Positions 56,803 to 64,000 of a stretch of 64,000 nucleotides of DNA are shown here, piece after piece. The translations under genes were made by a program, and so were the position numbers. The notes beneath the pieces are model-generated. The model worked only from the letters and a program-made list of their open reading frames with translations. It did not search any database and was not told the origin of the DNA. Origin of the DNA: the human T2T-CHM13v2.0 reference genome, Homo sapiens; assembly GCF_009914755.1 (NCBI RefSeq), contig NC_060933.1. One strand, 5' to 3'. Within the stretch, counting starts at the first letter, position 1, and every line of letters begins with the position of its first letter.

Positions 56803-57916
56803 AAATGAGAAATACGTCATTAGGTGATTTCATAGTGCTGTGAACATCATAGAGGGAACTCACACAAGCCTAGATGGTATAACCTACTACACACCCAGGC
56901 TACGTGGCTTGGCCTATTGCTCCTAGGCTGTAAACCTGTACACCACGTTACTGTGCTGAATACTGTAGGCAATTATGACAAAATGGTAAGCATTTGTATA
57001 TCTAAACATAGAAAATGTACAGTAAAAAATATGGTATGAAAGATAAAAAAATGGTATACCTGTCTAGTGCACTTAACATGAATGAAGCTTACAGGACTGG
57101 AAGTTGCTCTGAGTGAATCAGTAAGTCAGTGGTGATTGAACGTGAAGGCCTAGGACATTACTGTACACTACTGTAGACTTTATAAACACTATACACTTAA
57201 GCTATGCTAAATTTATAAAAAAAATCTTTTTCTTTCTAAGAAAATACATTTTTTTCTTAGAAAATATATTTTCTAAGGTTACCTTTATTAGTCTATACAC
57301 ATTTTAATTTTTTTAACTTTTTGACTCTTTTGTAATAACACTTAGCTTAAAACAAAAATACTTCGCACAGCTGTATAAAAAATATTTTCTTTCTTTATAC
57401 CCTGATTCTCTAAACTTTTTTCTACTTTTAAAATTTATTTATTTTTACTCTTTACACTTTTCTGTTAAAAACTAAGATGCAAACACACACATTAGCCTAA
57501 GCCTACACAGGGTCAGGATCATTAGCCTCACTATCTTCCACCTCCATATCCCACTGGAAGGTCTTTAGGGGGAGTAACATGCATAGAGCCGTCATCTCCT
57601 ATGATAACAATGCCTTCTTCTGAAATACCTCCTGAAGGACCTGCCTGAGGCTGTTTTACAGTTAACTTTATTTTAATAAGTAGAAGGGGTACAATCTAAA
57701 ATAACAATCAAAAGATAGCATAGTGAACACATCAACCAGTTACAGTCATTTATTTTCATTATCAAGTATTACGTGCTGTATGTAATTGCATGTGCTATAC
57801 TTTTATATAGATTTGCTTACACCATCATCCCCACACACCTGTGAGTAATGCATTGCACTACAACATGATGGCTACCTCCATTGTTAATCAAAACACCGTT
57901 ATGTAGTGCATGACTG
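56803..57916 (+). mobile_element. Tigger3b DNA transposon (left TIR missing)
   Basis: TCATTAGGTGATTTC...CCTAGATGGTATAACCTACTACACACC...GTTATGTAGTGCATGACTG. Confidence 0.88.
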
Positions 57917-57986
57917 TGTTTTAAAAGTAGAGCTAATAGGATGTACTGATGAAACATGGATTGTGAGATAGAGATATGAGAGTGGC

Positions 57987-58356
57987 TGCTAAGGTTTGAA
58001 TGTTTTTCGTCCAAAATTCAGGTGTTGCCAATGTGAAGGCATTAAGAAGTGGAGCCTTTAAGAGGTAATTAAGTCACGAGTTCTCCCTTGTTAATGAGAT
58101 TAAGGCCCTTACATAATAGAAGAGGCTTCATGCTGCATGCAGGTAACTCGCTAGCTTGCCCTTCCACCTTCTGCCATGTGAGAGCACAGCAAGAAGGCCC
58201 TCACCACATCTAATGCCAGTGCCTTGATCTTGGACTTCCCAGCCCCCAGAGCTGTGAGAAATAAATGTCTGTTTTTTTATAAATTAAATTTTTTTATAAA
58301 TTACCCAGTCTCAGGTATTCTGTTGTAGCAGTACAACAGAATAGCAGACTAAGACA
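57987..58356 (+). mobile_element. MST (B/C-like) MaLR solo LTR
   Basis: TGCTAAGGTTTGAATG...GACTAAGACA; perfect TSD GTGGC. Confidence 0.9.
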
Positions 58357-58377
58357 GTGGCCAAAAGCATTTAATAA

Positions 58378-58876
<499 letters not shown>

Positions 58877-59689
58877 TCGGGACACTTCTTAAATATAAAA
58901 AAAACAAAAAGAACTCCAAGAACAAGAATTTGTGGGAGACAAGAAATCTAAGCCAGAGGTGGTGGCAAAAATATAAGTTCCTGAGATATCTGCACAATCT
59001 TGAGGAGATGTTTGAACTCCTGTAAAGTGTGGAATGAGAATCTAAGCCAAATGTATCTACATATCAAGGGATCAAGAAATCTCAGCTCACATCTGCAATA
59101 TGTGTATGTATATAAAAGACTACAGAGAAGGAAATATGCCAAACAAGAGGTGGTTGTACAATTATGGATTATCTCCTTTTTTGTCCTCGTTTTTCTCTAA
59201 GTTTTCTAAATTGGCAACAGCAACTATATTTTATAATCAGAAGAAATGTATTAGAAGTAAAAATCACAAAGTGGAATTTCACAAATAACTGAATTTCTCC
59301 TGGCATGCATCAAGTACATAAAAGGACAAGGCAGCCTTCTCCTTATTCTAGGCAACACATTCCTAATAGCGCAGCTTAAGGTGGCCAGTAGCATATAACG
59401 GAGTTGGGGACACTATCGGTGCAAATATCTGTGTGTCATTGACAGGTACAGAGTCTTAGCTGTATTTCCCTGCCATACAAAGCCTGTGCTGCTGGTGTTT
59501 AGACATCAGCACAGGATTCTCAGTTATCCCCATGATGTTTTATCTTGTAGGATTCAATCTGAAATCATAATGCTGAGATCTTTTGTGCATCCTGAGCCTG
59601 TCTTCCAAAACATTCCCTGACCCTTCCAGAATCTTGTCCCTGGAAAACTAGATATCCATGCCATCCACATCTCCTTTTCTCCATTCGGT

Positions 59690-60250
59690 TATAATATCTA
59701 ACACTCACTAAGCACATTCCATGGGTCAGGCAGTGTTTTAAGAGCTTTACACGGATTAGCTCATTTAATCCTCACAACAACCCTGCAAGATAGGTTCTTT
59801 CATCATCCCTATTTGACAACGAAGAAAACGAAGCATCCAGTGGTTAAACATCTTGTCTAACATCTCAAAAAATAAAGCATCAGGGGCAGGATTTGGCTCC
59901 ATGTTCTTCCACGCCACACTATCCAGCCTCTCATGGGGTTTTTAAGGGCCAGGATCTCTGATAATAAGACACAGGAATAAGCAGCTCCCTTCAGACAGCT
60001 TAGCAGATTCTGTGGTTAAATGTAGTTAAACATTATAGGTCCTTTGCTGGCTCTCCTACTGTGGGACCTTGGGCAAGGTCTTACTTACTCTGTTCTTTGG
60101 TTTCCTCATCTGTAAAAGAACACTGAAAATAATGCCTACCTTATGGAGCTGTTGGGAGGGTTAAGTGAGCTAACACAAGTAAGGGACTTAGAAGAGTACC
60201 TTGCATGTAATTAGTACTCAGTTAATGTTAACTATTAACTATTATTATTA
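59690..60250. mobile_element. Two MIRs (minus then plus)
   Basis: CTCATTTAATCCTCACAACAACCCTG and GTTTCCTCATCTGTAAAA. Confidence 0.8.
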
Positions 60251-60324
60251 TGGTAGGATATAGGGAGGTACAAAGAAAGGAATAAATACTCATTGCTCTT
60301 GAGAGCAGTCAAGAGGACTTTAGA

Positions 60325-60633
60325 GGCCAGGCGCAGAGGCTCACAACTGTAATCCTAGCACTTTGGGAGGACAAAGCGGGTGGATCACCTGAGGTCAGGA
60401 GTTCAAGACCAGCCTGGCCAACATGGCAAAACCCCATCTCTACTAAAAATACAAAAATTAACCAGGTGTGGTGGCATGCATCTGTAATCCCAGCTATTTG
60501 GGAGGCTGGAGGAGGAGAATCGCTTGAACCTCAGGGGGCAGAGGTTGCAGTGAGCCGAGATCACCCACTTCACTACAGCCTGGGCAAAAGAGCGAAACTC
60601 CATCTCAAAATAAAATAAAATAAAATAAAATAA
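60325..60633 (+). mobile_element. AluSx/Sz with (TAAAA)n tail
   Basis: Full dimer; TSD-like AAGAGGACTTTAGA / AATAGGATTTTAGA. Confidence 0.95.
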
Positions 60634-61354
60634 AATAGGATTTTAGAGAGGTGAAGAAATCTGAGTATTGAAAGAGATGGCCTTTTCTATAAGTAAGCAA
60701 TGCGGGAGAGCTCTGGCTTTGCAGGCAATGGGCCAGCAGGAGCCAACACCTGGAGGCAAGAGGGAATAATACAGTGGTTATGTCCTCACTCTCCATGGGC
60801 ATTTAACCATATGGTGTTGTTTTCTTTCCACTCAGGAAACGGGAGCAGCCTCCACTGCTTACCTGTTCAAACCACCTTAATTTGTGGCCTCTGGGGTGGA
60901 AGGTAATGGAAGACTTTCCAGGTTTTAGCTCTGTTTAGTGCTGGAAGAGCACAAACTTTGGCTTCAAAGAGAAAAGGCATTTGAAAGGCTTATGAAAAGG
61001 CTTATGAGCCTTCTTGTACATCAAACGTGCCTTACAAAGCAACATTTTGATGAGTTAAGTGCAAATGAATCAGAAACACAAGGATTAAATTTCCCTTGAA
61101 ATACACACAGGTCTAAAGATTAAGGGGAAATTGCCTGGCAAAACGTGTTTTGGGTTAAACACTGGGAAGTAGTTCACACTGGTTCCTGTCTGCTACTCCC
61201 CCTCTATTATTAGTGTAAGTAACAACAACAGTAATAGTATCAACATTGCTTGATATAATTTTAGCTCTTTTATGGCCTATGGGACTCTTCTGTGTAGGTA
61301 TATAAAAAATTAAAATACAATGATAGAAGTAGAAACCCATACAAGGAGCTAGCA

Positions 61355-61720
61355 TGCAGCAGCAGAGACTGGCTATCTGTCCATTAAACCAGCTTCCCTT
61401 TCCTCCTCAGCTCACAGCTGGACTACATCTCCTAGGCTGTGTTTCAGCCAATGGACTATGGCCAAAAGCAGGGAATGCCCCTTCCAGGCCTGGCCTATAA
61501 AAATCCCCCATGTGCTCCTCTGTTCTCTCTTTGTCCACCTGCCAGCTGGACATTGATGCTCAAGGCAACCTTGGAGGTCATGTGTTGAAGATGGCAGTGT
61601 CTTTGCCAACCCCACTGCCAGTGGACTTTATGTGAACACAAAATAAACTTCTATGATGTGAATCCACTGAGGTCTCAGGACTTCTCTGTTACAGCAGGTA
61701 GTGACACCGTAACCTAGATA
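61355..61720 (+). mobile_element. MLT1J-like LTR
   Basis: GGACTACATCTCC...CTTCCAGGCCTGGCCTATAAAA...TGTTGAAGATGGCAG...AAATAAACTTCTAT. Confidence 0.75.
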
Positions 61721-62837
61721 GATAAATAAAAGCCCACATGGGTAGGAAGAAATTTGGATCACAAATCAAGACCCCTGAGTTCTAGTCTCTGCCTCAAACA
61801 TGCTGTGCGGTGCCCTGGGCAAGTCCCTGTTCACCCTTTGGGTCTCAGTTTATTCAGTGGTCAAATGAGATATTTGATTAGGCAACTGCCGAAGTCTAGC
61901 TCCAGTGTTTAAAATTAAATGATTCTAAATAACAACTTGCAACTTGAGTTCCATTTTAGTCAACAAAGGTTTATTTAAAAAAGAAAAACCTACTAATTGT
62001 CAGGCATTGGGGCTACAGAGTTAAATAAATCCAGGCATTTAGAATATAAGCTTGAAGATAAATGACTATAATAAATATAGCAAAAAGCAAATCAATAAAT
62101 GAATCAATCAATCACAAAGAGCAACAGGCTGTGCTTGAAGGAGGGTGGAGATGTAACTAAAAGCCACTAGCAGACAATGACATTTGAACTAGGCTTGGAG
62201 GACAGAAGGCTAGCAAGGTGGGGGGCGTACTCCAGACAGATCCAGAGATGTCATAACTGAAAGGGTCCTTATTTCACACATAGGAAACTAAGACCCAGAG
62301 GAGTTCTTATTGGTTGCAAACTAGAAGGTCATTAACCAATTTCCCAGAGTCTCAGTCCTTGTCTAGATTCCTTAAAAAGTAAAGACCTCCAGGAGATGAT
62401 ATGTGAGATTAAAAAGACTGGGTCTAGGTCACCCAACTGATGCTTCTGTCCTTTCTGGCCCACCCACCAAATGGCCATTTATTCACAAAACCATCCTCAC
62501 CACCCTACTACTGACAAAGTCACAATCTCCCTGTGCATTTTATTTGACACAGGCATGGGACTTTACAATTGCTCCTGTTCCTTTCGTATTTAAAAAATTC
62601 AAACCCATGGTTTTAGTCTGACCATGATCCAACAGCCTGTTCTTCCTTCAGGTCTCACAGCACCCCTACATTGGACGATAATACTGTCAATAACCTCATC
62701 AGTCATTAATACAAATAATAGGCAGGGCAGGCCCAAAGACAAGGGGCTTTCCTCCAGATGAGCATGTCTGATATAAATCAGAGAATGCGCCTTTAAGGTA
62801 AGCAAGGCACCCTTCTGAAGCATGAGGTCAGAGGAGG

Positions 62838-63762
<925 letters not shown>

Positions 63763-64000
63763 GGTGGGATTATGTCAATTCATTATTTCATTCTTTATTA
63801 AGCACCTGTTGTGTGCCATACTCACTGTGCACCAAGCTCACTGCACCAGAGTCTGAGAAGACAGTCAGTAATAACTTTCCTGCCTTTGTAGATAGAACTC
63901 ACAGTCTAGTGAGGAAGGCACTGAAGAGGGCACCAGCTAAGAGTGATGGATAATAGGCTAATGTTTAGGAAAATCTCTCTGAACAGGATGGCTCTGTATT

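Noticed and set aside
60605-60637. (TAAAA)n Alu tail as a pathogenic pentanucleotide repeat
   Set aside because: Only about 6 units and no TTTCA/TGAAA interruption; an ordinary Alu tail.

Overview
This is primate (very probably human) nuclear DNA, judged from AluJ/S/Y, THE1, MLT2A and L1PA elements. I cannot identify the locus. I find no credible protein-coding gene, CpG island, tRNA/rRNA or CRISPR-type system, and the six-frame ORFs are chance or repeat-derived. The window looks like a large intron or intergenic region dense in old repeats: many MIR and L2 fragments, about 20 Alu/FLAM/FRAM copies, MaLR/ERVL/ERV1 solo LTRs, L1 fragments and DNA transposons (MER44A, Tigger2a, Tigger3b, MER45A, MER58A, Charlie). 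Family names come from my recall of consensus sequences, and boundaries of old elements are approximate. I do not see a previously undescribed biological system. The most noteworthy signals are: (1) a 123-bp ungapped copy (112/123 identical) of sequence from 2.4 kb upstream inserted in the 3' end of an Alu; (2) a twin-primed, 5'-inverted L1PA with a perfect 15-bp TSD; (3) several small template-switch or hairpin scars inside repeats; (4) two candidate spliced exons and an orphan ZNF143-type motif; (5) several repeat-free, motif-rich stretches that may be enhancers.
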